NCBI GenBank assembly: GCA_041906885.1
Contig: JAYRII010000015.1
Span: forward strand, 15,534-79,533
DNA: 64,000 bases
Origin: Candidatus Saccharimonadia bacterium
Lineage (GTDB): Bacteria > Patescibacteriota > Saccharimonadia > CAILAD01 > CAZGYV01
Direction: 5' to 3'
The first letter of the stretch is position 1. Every line of letters starts with the position of its first letter. Below are positions 20,481 to 29,748 of this stretch, one piece after another. The notes under the pieces were generated by a model. It was not told where the DNA came from, ran no database searches, and saw only the letters and a list, made by a program, of their open reading frames with translations. The position numbers and the translations under genes were made by a program.

Positions 20481-20650
20481 TCGCCTTTATAAAGAGTTCA
20501 GGCACTCTTGAGAAGTAGACGACCTTTTTTATTTTCGCGTTTTTATTTTATTTTGGTTTTAAAGTGCTGTTTTTTAACTTGTAAGGTATTATAGCATACC
20601 GCTTGGGCTTATGTCAATAAGCTTATGCTTTTTATTCTTAAAAACCCCAC

Positions 20651-21436
20651 TCAATAACTTAGTTTGCTCCATTCAACAACTGAGACCGGTTTTCTAGCGA
20701 TTATAAATACTCCGGAATAAGCACCATGTCGAGTTATTTCTAGCCTCAGATCGATCATCCCGAACTTTTGATAGATAAGTAGCAGTTTATTAAGGTCATA
20801 ATCATATATGTGCATGATTGGTTCTTTTAAGGGCTTCCCACGAGCCAGGTTAAGACCGTAGTGTACTGGTGGAAAATTATAATGTGCCAGCTGCAGACTA
20901 CGCTCGCCCCGAGACACGTGCGTGGCAAAGGTGTAGTGCAGGGCTGCCACACCACCAGGAAAGGTTTTTTCAAGCAAGCGTTGAGTTATTTTATACCCGT
21001 CAGATTTGGGAATGTGTTGCAATACTATATAAGAATGCACTAGATCATACTGTCTACCTGTGGTCATCTCCTGATCGGCAATACTGAAGCTAACCTTCGG
21101 CTTAAGCTTAGACGGTAAATTTGCCTCAGCTTCCTTGAGCATCGACGACGACACATCAATCCCCTTCACCGCTTGGCAATAATCGGCTAAGGCCAGCGTG
21201 ATGCGTCCGACGCCACAGCCAAAATCAAGACAAGCGTGAGGCTTAAAACTCTTGCCCACCATATTATAAATCACTTGAAAGAGAGCCTTGGCGTGTGACT
21301 TACCAGAGTCGAAAAATTCTTTCTTGACCTCGGCCGTTATGTTTGGCCTTAAAAACTTAGGATCTGACAAAACTCCAAAATACGGGTTAGATTTACCCCA
21401 CACTTCCCAATCTATGTCAGTTTGTCGTCGACTCAC
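20651..21436 (-). CDS. Class I SAM-dependent methyltransferase
   Basis: Motif I LDFGCGVGRITLAL; 261 aa. Confidence 0.7.
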   Translation of the reverse strand: MSRRQTDIDWEVWGKSNPYFGVLSDPKFLRPNITAEVKKEFFDSGKSHAKALFQVIYNMVGKSFKPHACLDFGCGVGRITLALADYCQAVKGIDVSSSMLKEAEANLPSKLKPKVSFSIADQEMTTGRQYDLVHSYIVLQHIPKSDGYKITQRLLEKTFPGGVAALHYTFATHVSRGERSLQLAHYNFPPVHYGLNLARGKPLKEPIMHIYDYDLNKLLLIYQKFGMIDLRLEITRHGAYSGVFIIARKPVSVVEWSKLSY

Positions 21437-21461
21437 TGCATCGCTCGTTCTAATAAATACA

Positions 21462-22442
21462 CTAAAGCAGTCCGATGTGATTTTTTACTTGCTCGAGCTT
21501 TTTATTGGCAATGGCGGAAGCTTTTTGGTTGCCTAGTGCGATAGTTCTTAGTAGATTCGGTTCATCTGTTCGATAATCACGGAATTTTTCTTGCAGCTTT
21601 TCAAGCTTAGTTGCCACCAGCTCACCTAAATCTTGTTTAAACTGGCCATAGCCAACACCAACATAATCACTTTCGAGCTGCTTGATTGATTTGCCACTGA
21701 AGCTTGAGAATATTTCGAGTAAATTTGTTATGGCTGGCTTGCTATCTGTCGCCTCAACCTCACTACCAGAATCAGTTACAGCTCGTTTAAATTTCTTGAT
21801 AGTGTCGTCTTTACTCTCATCAAGCGCCACATAACTGGCGGTCGAGCCGCTTTTACTCATCTTGGTAGTCGGGTCATCAAGGCTCATAATCCGTCGTGAG
21901 ACGTCACCTAAGACAGGTTTGGGTAGCCTAAAGGTCTCGCCGTAAAGATTATTAAACCGACTGGCGATATCGCGCGTCAGCTCTATATGCTGCACCTGAT
22001 CATCACCGACCGGCACTTCATCCGTGTCATAAAGCAAAATATCAGCCGTCATCAAGACCGGATAATCATATAAGCCGACCAACTGCCCCTCAGCGCCGCC
22101 CCCGCCAGCTTTGTCTTTAAATTGCGTCATACGATTGAGCTCGCCCAAGGTAGCATAATTATTCAATATCCAAGCCAGCTCGCTGTGAGCCGGAATCTGC
22201 GACTGCACGCAAATGATCGACTTCTTCGGATCAATCCCGACTGTTAAGAACCACGCCACCAGATCTAAAGTGCGACGCTTGAGCTCAATCGGGTCTTGCC
22301 GGGCAGTGATGGCATGGAGATTAGCCACGAAAAAGATACTTTCTTGATTTTCTTGTCCTTCTGGCCAGCGGCGCATCGCCCCTAGATAATTGCCAATCGT
22401 CATATCTCCAGACGGCTTGATGCCCGATAATACTCGCTTCAT
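21462..22442 (-). CDS. trpS: Tryptophan--tRNA ligase
   Basis: Class I signatures (..PSGDMTIGNYLGA.., KMSKS); 326 aa. Confidence 0.9.
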   Translation of the reverse strand: MKRVLSGIKPSGDMTIGNYLGAMRRWPEGQENQESIFFVANLHAITARQDPIELKRRTLDLVAWFLTVGIDPKKSIICVQSQIPAHSELAWILNNYATLGELNRMTQFKDKAGGGGAEGQLVGLYDYPVLMTADILLYDTDEVPVGDDQVQHIELTRDIASRFNNLYGETFRLPKPVLGDVSRRIMSLDDPTTKMSKSGSTASYVALDESKDDTIKKFKRAVTDSGSEVEATDSKPAITNLLEIFSSFSGKSIKQLESDYVGVGYGQFKQDLGELVATKLEKLQEKFRDYRTDEPNLLRTIALGNQKASAIANKKLEQVKNHIGLL

Positions 22443-22523
22443 TGCATTTTCCTAACTTTATAGCTCTAGTTTAGCCTACCAAACGTGTCTTTATCAATGC
22501 TGCTTGGAGACTAATCTCGATAC

Positions 22524-23600
22524 TCAATCGTCGCTTTTGGGCTTGTCGAGAGTCAATGGCTCGATCACAGCATCGCTCGCAGCAATTTTCACCACATCCT
22601 TATTAACTTTTTTAAGCTCCTTGTGAGCCGTGTTGAAGTGATTGACCGTCGTACCGAGAGAATTGCCCAGCTTATGCATATACTCTTCAAAACCGGTCAG
22701 GTGCTTACCTAACTGGCCAACCCGCACCTGAATTTCTTTAGCTTGCTCTTCGATTTTGAGCGAACGCAAGCCCTGCATAATTGTTTGCAAGTAGGCCAAG
22801 AAGGTCGTCGGCGAGACTATAATCACCCTTTTTTGCCGAAAAGCATATTCGATTAGGTCTTGTGATGAAGTTTTTACAACACCGATTTTATTGCTTAGTA
22901 AATCGTGATAGATGGCCTCAGAAGGTATAAACATTAAGGCAAAATCCATGGTATTTTCATTTGGTCGAATGTATTTGGAGGTCTCATCTATCCGCCCTTT
23001 TAGATCCTGCTTAAACGCTTTGGCTAGATTTTCTCGCTTGTCTTTGTCGGTTTCTTCGATTAAACGATTGTAGTTTTCTAAACTAAACTTCGAATCTACC
23101 GGCAAGATCTTGTGATCATCTAAGAAGATTACTGCATCGACCTTGTCGTGATTCTTAAACTCATATTGCATCTGATACTGGCCAGTCGGTAAGACATTAC
23201 CAATGACAGTCTCAAGATAAAACTCGCCCAAACCACCGCGCTGTTTGGGATTTTGCAAGATATTTTGTAGGGTCTTGAGCTCGGCCGTGACATCGACGAC
23301 TTGGCGATTAGTTTCATCAAGCTTGGTCAGCCGCTGCGTCACTTCGGTAATGAGTGTAGCTGACTGGCTCATCTGCTTATGGAGTGAGCCAAACATCTGG
23401 GCTTGACCCTTATCAAGCCGGTCGCTGAGTTGAGCTTGGCTCTGATTGATCGTTTGATTGAGATTTTGCAGGTCTTGTTTTAAGAGTCCAACCCCGCTGT
23501 CATTTTTGAGCTCGCTCAACTTTTGGTTAAACAAAAGAATAACAAAGCCGAAACCAATAATTAATATTACTATCAAAACCACTAGCAAAATAGTTATCAT
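22524..23600 (-). CDS. rmuC: DNA recombination protein RmuC
   Basis: An N-terminal TM helix, a long coiled coil, and the C-terminal RmuC core (FALMFIPSEAIY..). Confidence 0.75.
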   Translation of the reverse strand: MITILLVVLIVILIIGFGFVILLFNQKLSELKNDSGVGLLKQDLQNLNQTINQSQAQLSDRLDKGQAQMFGSLHKQMSQSATLITEVTQRLTKLDETNRQVVDVTAELKTLQNILQNPKQRGGLGEFYLETVIGNVLPTGQYQMQYEFKNHDKVDAVIFLDDHKILPVDSKFSLENYNRLIEETDKDKRENLAKAFKQDLKGRIDETSKYIRPNENTMDFALMFIPSEAIYHDLLSNKIGVVKTSSQDLIEYAFRQKRVIIVSPTTFLAYLQTIMQGLRSLKIEEQAKEIQVRVGQLGKHLTGFEEYMHKLGNSLGTTVNHFNTAHKELKKVNKDVVKIAASDAVIEPLTLDKPKSDD

Positions 23601-23930
23601 ATTATTAGTATATCACTTAATCTAATTGCGAACAAGAACCGTAAATTCACTCTTTATACTCTTTTGCCAATAAGAAGCCAGCCCCGTTTGTAGTGTAAAA
23701 ACTAATTATATACAATATACATAAGCATTTTTGTACCTAAGTAATCCACTCGCCCCGCCATATACCGGTCAACTCTAACGTGCGAGCAAAAAGGAGCTCC
23801 CATCGCAACTCTTACTCAAACCACAAATATCGTCATTGGAGGAGGCCTGGCCAAGACTGGTGACAACACCACCTTATATACAACTATTGGCATTGGACTA
23901 ATTATCGTCGGGCTGATCGTTGTTGCGGCC

Positions 23931-25190
23931 TTGTCTCTATTACATCGCTCACGAAATAACCGCTACAATCTCAGAAGTCGGCTCAAGTCACGCCGGCTCA
24001 GCACCAAAGTTCTTAGCATCCTGACTCTACTTGTACTAACTGCCACAATACTGGCAATCAGGCCACTCCAAGCTTCGGCCGCCCCAAGCCTTACTCTCGG
24101 AGCAAACCAAAACACTCTGACTGTCACCGTGCCAGAAGGCGGTGGCACTGCTAGTGCTACTACTACACTCACCACAGGTACCACTCACGCTAGTGGCTAC
24201 TCGCTGACTGCGAGCCTTAGCCAACCAATACCAGGTATCAGCATTAAGCTCAAAGGTGGTAATATCGCCACCAGTACAGCTTTAGTGGCTGGTGCTCCAG
24301 CGCTCATCCTCTAGACCACCAATAACACTAGCTCAGGCGACATCACTGAAGTTAGTTTAGATTTTACAATTGATTCTACCATTGCTGCAGGACAAAAAGA
24401 GCTCAAGCTGTCTTATGCCATTACAGATAATGAGGCCGTACAAGCTACCACCCTGTAGTCATTTACCACCGCACAATGCAATGCCTTACCAATCTACACT
24501 GGTTCTAACGAAGCAGCCGTCACCACCCTCACAGACACTCGAGGCGACAACCAAACTTACCGAGTAGCCAAGCTGTCTGACAACAAATGCTGGATGCTAG
24601 ACAATCTCAAGCTCGGCTCAACAAACGGCACATTACAGCTGACCCCAGCTGATTCTAATGTAGCAAGCAACTTCACGCTGCCGCAATTGACCACTACTGG
24701 TAATGCAGACTACGACAACCCTGGAGCTTATGGGCCAATACCAGGCGACACCGGCACTGGTAGCACTAACTACGGTTACCTCTACAATTGGTCAGCTGCT
24801 ACTGCTGGCGAATCTAGAACATCCCATCCAAATACTGCCGGTGATGCGCCGTATAGCATTTGTCCGGCCAATTGGAGACTACCAACAGCGAGCGTTTCTG
24901 GCGACTATTCAGCCCTAGACATAGCTTGGGGTGGTACTGGCGAGTTCTCACATAATAACGAGCCAAATATCAGTAAGTGGCAGCATGACGGGCCGTTTAA
25001 AGGTGTTTTTGCAGGTTACTGGTGGGAAGATTTTTATTACCAAGGTGATAACGGCGGCCTGTGGTCGGCTTCGGCCTTCTCGGGCGGCTCCGCTCGCGCG
25101 CATCTTGCGAGCTTGAGTGATAGCGCAGTCAATCCAGTCAATTTCGATGATCGCAACGCTGGATTTTCAGTCCGCTGTATCTTGCAGTAG
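23931..25190 (+). pseudogene. Secreted FISUMP-domain ('Fibrobacter succinogenes major paralogous domain') surface protein, interrupted by two in-frame TAG codons.
   Basis: ORFs 23931..24314 and 24594..25190 share a frame, and the segment between them is open except for TAG at 24312-24314 and 24456-24458. The N-terminus is a basic signal-anchor (the upstream frame also encodes a TM-like stretch). The C-terminus carries the FISUMP signature YGYLYNW..CPANWRLPT..GYWWEDF..LWSAS..GFSVRCI. Confidence 0.55.
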
Positions 25191-25288
25191 TTGAACTAGC
25201 TGCTGCTCGTGGCAGCCTTAGATATAGTTGCTAAATTAGAAACTGGTAAATAGTGTTTATTCGCTGTGCGCTGTCATTAACCTTAGTA

Positions 25289-26122
25289 TTAGCCCATCTC
25301 ACCTTTTTGATAACTACCGAGGATCTTAAGCTCGTGACCTTGCCGACTTAATGCCTTTAGTGCTCGTTCTGTCCGTTCTTCACCCATACCAGCTTCAAAA
25401 TCGATGTAAAAATAATAACGCCAGCCCTTACCCAAGATCGGTCGGGATTCGATTTTTGAAAGATTAATTCCCTCTTCCTCGAAGCAGCCAAGCGCGTGAT
25501 ACAAGCTACCCGGCCTGTCAGCTAATTCTATCATTATAGATGTTTTATTTACATCAGTGCTGTCAGCGTTGCTCGTGTGTAGCACCAAAAAACGCGTGTA
25601 ATTATGCTTGTCAGTCTCAATATTGCGTGCAATCACTCTTGCGCCGTGCAGCTTGGCTGCCTCCGCCGATGCAATCGCCGTCTGAGATTTATCACCTAAG
25701 CCAATGATGTACTCCACGCTCTCGGCTGTGTCATGACGCTCATGCACATCAGCATTTGGTAAGTTTTTCTCGATATAATCCTCGCACTGTAATATTGCCA
25801 TCGGGTGCGAGTGAATATTTGTAATATCAGCCAGTTTAGCTTGCGGCAGCCCGATCAGACAGTGGCTGATACGCATATAGTGCTCGCCGACAATATATAG
25901 ATCACTTTGTCGAAGCAGGTCATAAACCTCATTGATCGAGCCAACCGATGAGTTTTCAATCGCCACGATGCCAAATTCGGCCCTACCGTTGGTGACATCT
26001 TCAAAAACGTGCTTGAAAGTAGCTCTGGGCAAAAGCTTAATATCATCGCCAAAAATATTATTTGCCACCTGGTGGTGATAAGAGCCGATTTGGCCTTGAA
26101 TTGAAATTTTGCCTAAATTCAT
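25289..26122 (-). CDS. pheA: Prephenate dehydratase with a C-terminal ACT domain
   Basis: PDT domain plus LSKIESRPI (ESRP motif). The track ORF extends to 26182, but the Met at 26122 (MNLGKISIQGQIGSYHH) avoids overlap with the upstream gene. Confidence 0.8.
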   Translation of the reverse strand: MNLGKISIQGQIGSYHHQVANNIFGDDIKLLPRATFKHVFEDVTNGRAEFGIVAIENSSVGSINEVYDLLRQSDLYIVGEHYMRISHCLIGLPQAKLADITNIHSHPMAILQCEDYIEKNLPNADVHERHDTAESVEYIIGLGDKSQTAIASAEAAKLHGARVIARNIETDKHNYTRFLVLHTSNADSTDVNKTSIMIELADRPGSLYHALGCFEEEGINLSKIESRPILGKGWRYYFYIDFEAGMGEERTERALKALSRQGHELKILGSYQKGEMG

Positions 26123-26160
26123 AACGGCGATTTTAGCAACTGTCCATAACCTAGTAAAGA

Positions 26161-26667
26161 CTACAATCCCCTCATCCACCACGGTGCCGATGGAGCTGGT
26201 TTTGTTGTTTTTCTTACAACAGCGTATCTAGTATTTGAAGGGAAATACTTATCGAGTATTGCTGGCCAATTGGCTTTGAGCCATTTTTTCTGCTTAATAT
26301 ACAAATCCTCCAGACCCCTATCGGCAAATTCTTGCCGAATTACACCTCCTGAATGTGGATGAGAGTATTTCTGGGTGATCGGAGAATTAAAGCCGTGAGC
26401 ATAATGTGTCATTTCGTGCACAATCGTCGCTTTTATGACGTACTCTGGCACATCTAGATCCTGGAATATCCGATTGACGGCTATAATACTAGTTAAGCTA
26501 TCATTGTGATCTAAGCTAATTGAGCCTAATCGCCTTCTAGCCTTCCTGCCCCATTTGATAAGAACCTCATTAGATTGGGGCACATCATCAAAATGCCTCA
26601 GCCAGATGTCAGCCAGCATATTTTCGAGCCATTCCTGATCACGATGAGATTTTATTTTCATATTCAT
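26161..26667 (-). CDS. DUF45/SprT-like HExxH zinc metallohydrolase
   Basis: IVHEMTHYAHG motif in a 168-aa ORF. Confidence 0.55.
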   Translation of the reverse strand: MNMKIKSHRDQEWLENMLADIWLRHFDDVPQSNEVLIKWGRKARRRLGSISLDHNDSLTSIIAVNRIFQDLDVPEYVIKATIVHEMTHYAHGFNSPITQKYSHPHSGGVIRQEFADRGLEDLYIKQKKWLKANWPAILDKYFPSNTRYAVVRKTTKPAPSAPWWMRGL

Positions 26668-26716
26668 TAGTATAATCTAATTTAACCAAAACTAGTCATT
26701 GAATCTATATTTTAAG

Positions 26717-29554
26717 CTACAATAATCTATCAAAATTGATTTGCGACTGGCCGCTCGAACGAAAATTCTTATTCTTGATACCACTGACAACTTGTTCGAT
26801 TTTACTTAAAATTTTAGTATGATCAATTTTTGTGATCGTTGCGGTGATGTCATTTTCTACAAAGTGAAGACTAATTTTAGAAACTGCTTGTCCGCTTGTT
26901 TTTTCCCAAGCTAAAGCATAAATGGCCATTTGTATATTATCTTTAATGCGTTTATCAGCCTCTTTTTGGGTCGCAATTTGACTAGTTTTAAAGTCACGAA
27001 TCTCGACTTTTTGACCTCTAATATAAACCGCATCATAGCGGCCACTAATTCGTACTTTTAGCTTTGGCAGATCAAGGCTAAAATCTTGTTCGACTAGCGA
27101 CGGGAAATCCTTTTTGGCTTCCTCTCGAATGAAATAATCGCTAATAACCTTCTTACCCATCTCGAACCGAGCCAATTCATGATTGCGAGAGACAAATCCC
27201 TCACTGACCCAAGCGTTTTCAAATACTTCAACTAAATTTGCCGATGATACCGGGTTATGATTGATTTTTGCTCGATTATAATACTCAATTGCTCGGTGTA
27301 TGGCAGAGCCGTAAGCTAAAGCGTGAAACGGGCCTCTGGGCATATTTAAAACATGGAAAAACCAAAATTCTTTTGGATCTTTTAAATAATCTTCAATCTG
27401 ATGTGGCGTCAAATGCAACCATCCCTGGTGATAAAGCTGACTTGTCATGTCATAATCAGGCACTTGGCCTTTTGCGAATGAATCAATTTTACTAACTAAA
27501 CCACTGCCTTTTTCAGGCTGAACAAGATTAACATCATCCATCGTCTCGATGACAAACTGGGAAATTTTGCGCAGTCGCTTGCCGCCATGATCATAACCAG
27601 CCGACAAATATAGCTCTTTTTTAGCTCTAGTCAATCCAACATAAAATAGTCTACGCTCTTCACTAATATGCCGGTCATTTGCTACCGGAATTTCAATGAG
27701 TCCATCCGGGATTTTAATCTTTTCGGCCATACGCCGCGACGGAAAAACCTGATCGACCAAATCAATCATAAAGACGATATCAAATTCGAGTCCTTTGGCC
27801 TTATGAATCGTTAAAACCTGGACATCATTTGTATCTAGTGGTGAATCTGATGTAGATATATCAACATTAGTACTCCTAATCTCATCAAGATACTGCCAAA
27901 GACTATGAATATTTGGATCGATTGCGATCGTTTCAAATTCTCTGACCATTTCAAAAAATTCTGCCAGGTTTTGCACCTGGAAAGCGGCTTGATTATCAGC
28001 TTCTGCCTGCTCGACCAACCTTTTCAAATAGCCGTTATCATTAATAAACTTATAGATTAGCTCACCGGCCGTAAATTCACTCGAGATTGAACGATATTTC
28101 TTAATTTGCTCAATGATTGTTATAATATTATCATCAATATCTTGTTTAAAATTCAGGTATTCTTCAAATGACAGGTTGCGTCTTTTGACGACGGATGCTA
28201 GATCGGCTAAATTCGCCAAATGGTAGTTAAAAATATCTCCTGCCAACAGCCCAAAGAATGCTTGCGAGTCATTCGGATCATTAATAACACTGATAAAATT
28301 TACAATTGTCTTAATTTCCGGCCGTTCAAATAAACCCTCACTTTTACTCTGCTGGCTGGCCACTCCCACCTTGCCTAAGGCATGCATCATAGCTTTGGCC
28401 TGTTTATTCTTGCGGATCAGAATCGCGATCTGATTTGGAGAAACACCTTGGTCAATTAGCTGTCGGACTTTTTCTGCAACGGCCCCTACTTCAAGTAGAG
28501 TGTTATCATGCTGAGTAAATTCCGGGTACTTACCCTGCTTATGATTTGCTGCTGTTAGTCGCTTAATAATTTTGCTAGCGACTTCGAGACGATTCGGATT
28601 ATTGTATTGAATCAGTTTGTAGCTAGCATCAAGGATGGCCTGAGTCGATCGGTAATTTTTTGTCAGTACAATCTGTTTAGCATCAGGGTATTCTAGATTA
28701 AAATTTAAAATGTTGGCGATTGCCGCACCCCGAAAACGATAGATTGACTGATCATCATCACCAACCGCCATTAGATTTTTGTGTCGTTCTGCCAGCATAG
28801 ACATCAGTTTATTTTGAGCCATATTAGTATCCTGAAACTCATCGACCAAAATATATTTAAATAATTCCTGATATTGCTTCAAGATATTTGGTCTCTTCTC
28901 GAATAGCTCCAGCGTCAAATAAATCTGGTCTCCGAAATCAAGCCGACCTTGCTCGCGTGAAGTTTGCATATACAACTCATAAACCCTGGCTAGTTCGGCT
29001 ACTCTTGTGGCATTAAGCTGGTCCTCATCTTCGCTAGCTGATTTTACCAGGCCAGCAGCAAACTGCTTGTAACGCTTAGGTGAGACATACTCATCCTTGA
29101 GGCGTGAAAAATGGGACAACATTGCCTCGATAAATTTATGAGGATTACCTAATGGCGCGTAATATTCCAGATTCATATGGTCGATCAATTGGCGCAAAAA
29201 TATTATCTGCTGAAATGTCGTCATGACTTTAAAATCACTAGTCAGTCCAATCTCTAAGGCATTATCGCGCAATATTCTGTCGCCTAAGGCGTGAAAAGTC
29301 TCGATATTAGTTCTAACGAAGCCATATGGTACCAGGCGGTCAACCCGCTCCTCCATCTCACGAGCCGCTTTATCGGTGAACGTCAAAGCTAGAATTTCCT
29401 CCGGACTGGCCCTTTTCTCTTGGATGAGCCAAGCTATCCGACGGGTGATGACAGTTGTCTTGCCAGTGCCAGCTCCGGCCACAACCAAAACTGGGCCATC
29501 ACCATACGTCATGGCACTCGCTTGCTCTCGATTCAATCCCTCTCGCAAATTCAT
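26717..29554 (-). CDS. AddA/PcrA-like helicase-nuclease: UvrD-type SF1 helicase with a C-terminal PD-(D/E)xK (RecB/Cas4-like) nuclease.
   Basis: N-terminal GAGTGKTTVI Walker A and UvrD motifs; C-terminal GRYDAVY...EIRDFKTS...QMAIYALA nuclease motifs; 945 aa. Confidence 0.8.
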   Translation of the reverse strand: MNLREGLNREQASAMTYGDGPVLVVAGAGTGKTTVITRRIAWLIQEKRASPEEILALTFTDKAAREMEERVDRLVPYGFVRTNIETFHALGDRILRDNALEIGLTSDFKVMTTFQQIIFLRQLIDHMNLEYYAPLGNPHKFIEAMLSHFSRLKDEYVSPKRYKQFAAGLVKSASEDEDQLNATRVAELARVYELYMQTSREQGRLDFGDQIYLTLELFEKRPNILKQYQELFKYILVDEFQDTNMAQNKLMSMLAERHKNLMAVGDDDQSIYRFRGAAIANILNFNLEYPDAKQIVLTKNYRSTQAILDASYKLIQYNNPNRLEVASKIIKRLTAANHKQGKYPEFTQHDNTLLEVGAVAEKVRQLIDQGVSPNQIAILIRKNKQAKAMMHALGKVGVASQQSKSEGLFERPEIKTIVNFISVINDPNDSQAFFGLLAGDIFNYHLANLADLASVVKRRNLSFEEYLNFKQDIDDNIITIIEQIKKYRSISSEFTAGELIYKFINDNGYLKRLVEQAEADNQAAFQVQNLAEFFEMVREFETIAIDPNIHSLWQYLDEIRSTNVDISTSDSPLDTNDVQVLTIHKAKGLEFDIVFMIDLVDQVFPSRRMAEKIKIPDGLIEIPVANDRHISEERRLFYVGLTRAKKELYLSAGYDHGGKRLRKISQFVIETMDDVNLVQPEKGSGLVSKIDSFAKGQVPDYDMTSQLYHQGWLHLTPHQIEDYLKDPKEFWFFHVLNMPRGPFHALAYGSAIHRAIEYYNRAKINHNPVSSANLVEVFENAWVSEGFVSRNHELARFEMGKKVISDYFIREEAKKDFPSLVEQDFSLDLPKLKVRISGRYDAVYIRGQKVEIRDFKTSQIATQKEADKRIKDNIQMAIYALAWEKTSGQAVSKISLHFVENDITATITKIDHTKILSKIEQVVSGIKNKNFRSSGQSQINFDRLL

Positions 29555-29748
29555 ACTTGCTATTATACTCGACCACCCGAAGAAGAGATACGAATCTTAG
29601 CCAATTCACGCTAGAAGTGACGACTTATAAATGTTATGCTGATACTGACACCAAAACCAAATTTTTATCGCCTACCACTTATCTTGTTTTATTAAAATTA
29701 ACGACATCGGGTCTTAACTCGTAACTGCAGTTAGACAAAAGATCACCC

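Noticed and set aside
24370-24567. 65-aa ORF between the two FISUMP pieces.
   Set aside because: It is in a different frame from the continuous coding signal that spans the two amber codons, so it is an artefact of the interruption.
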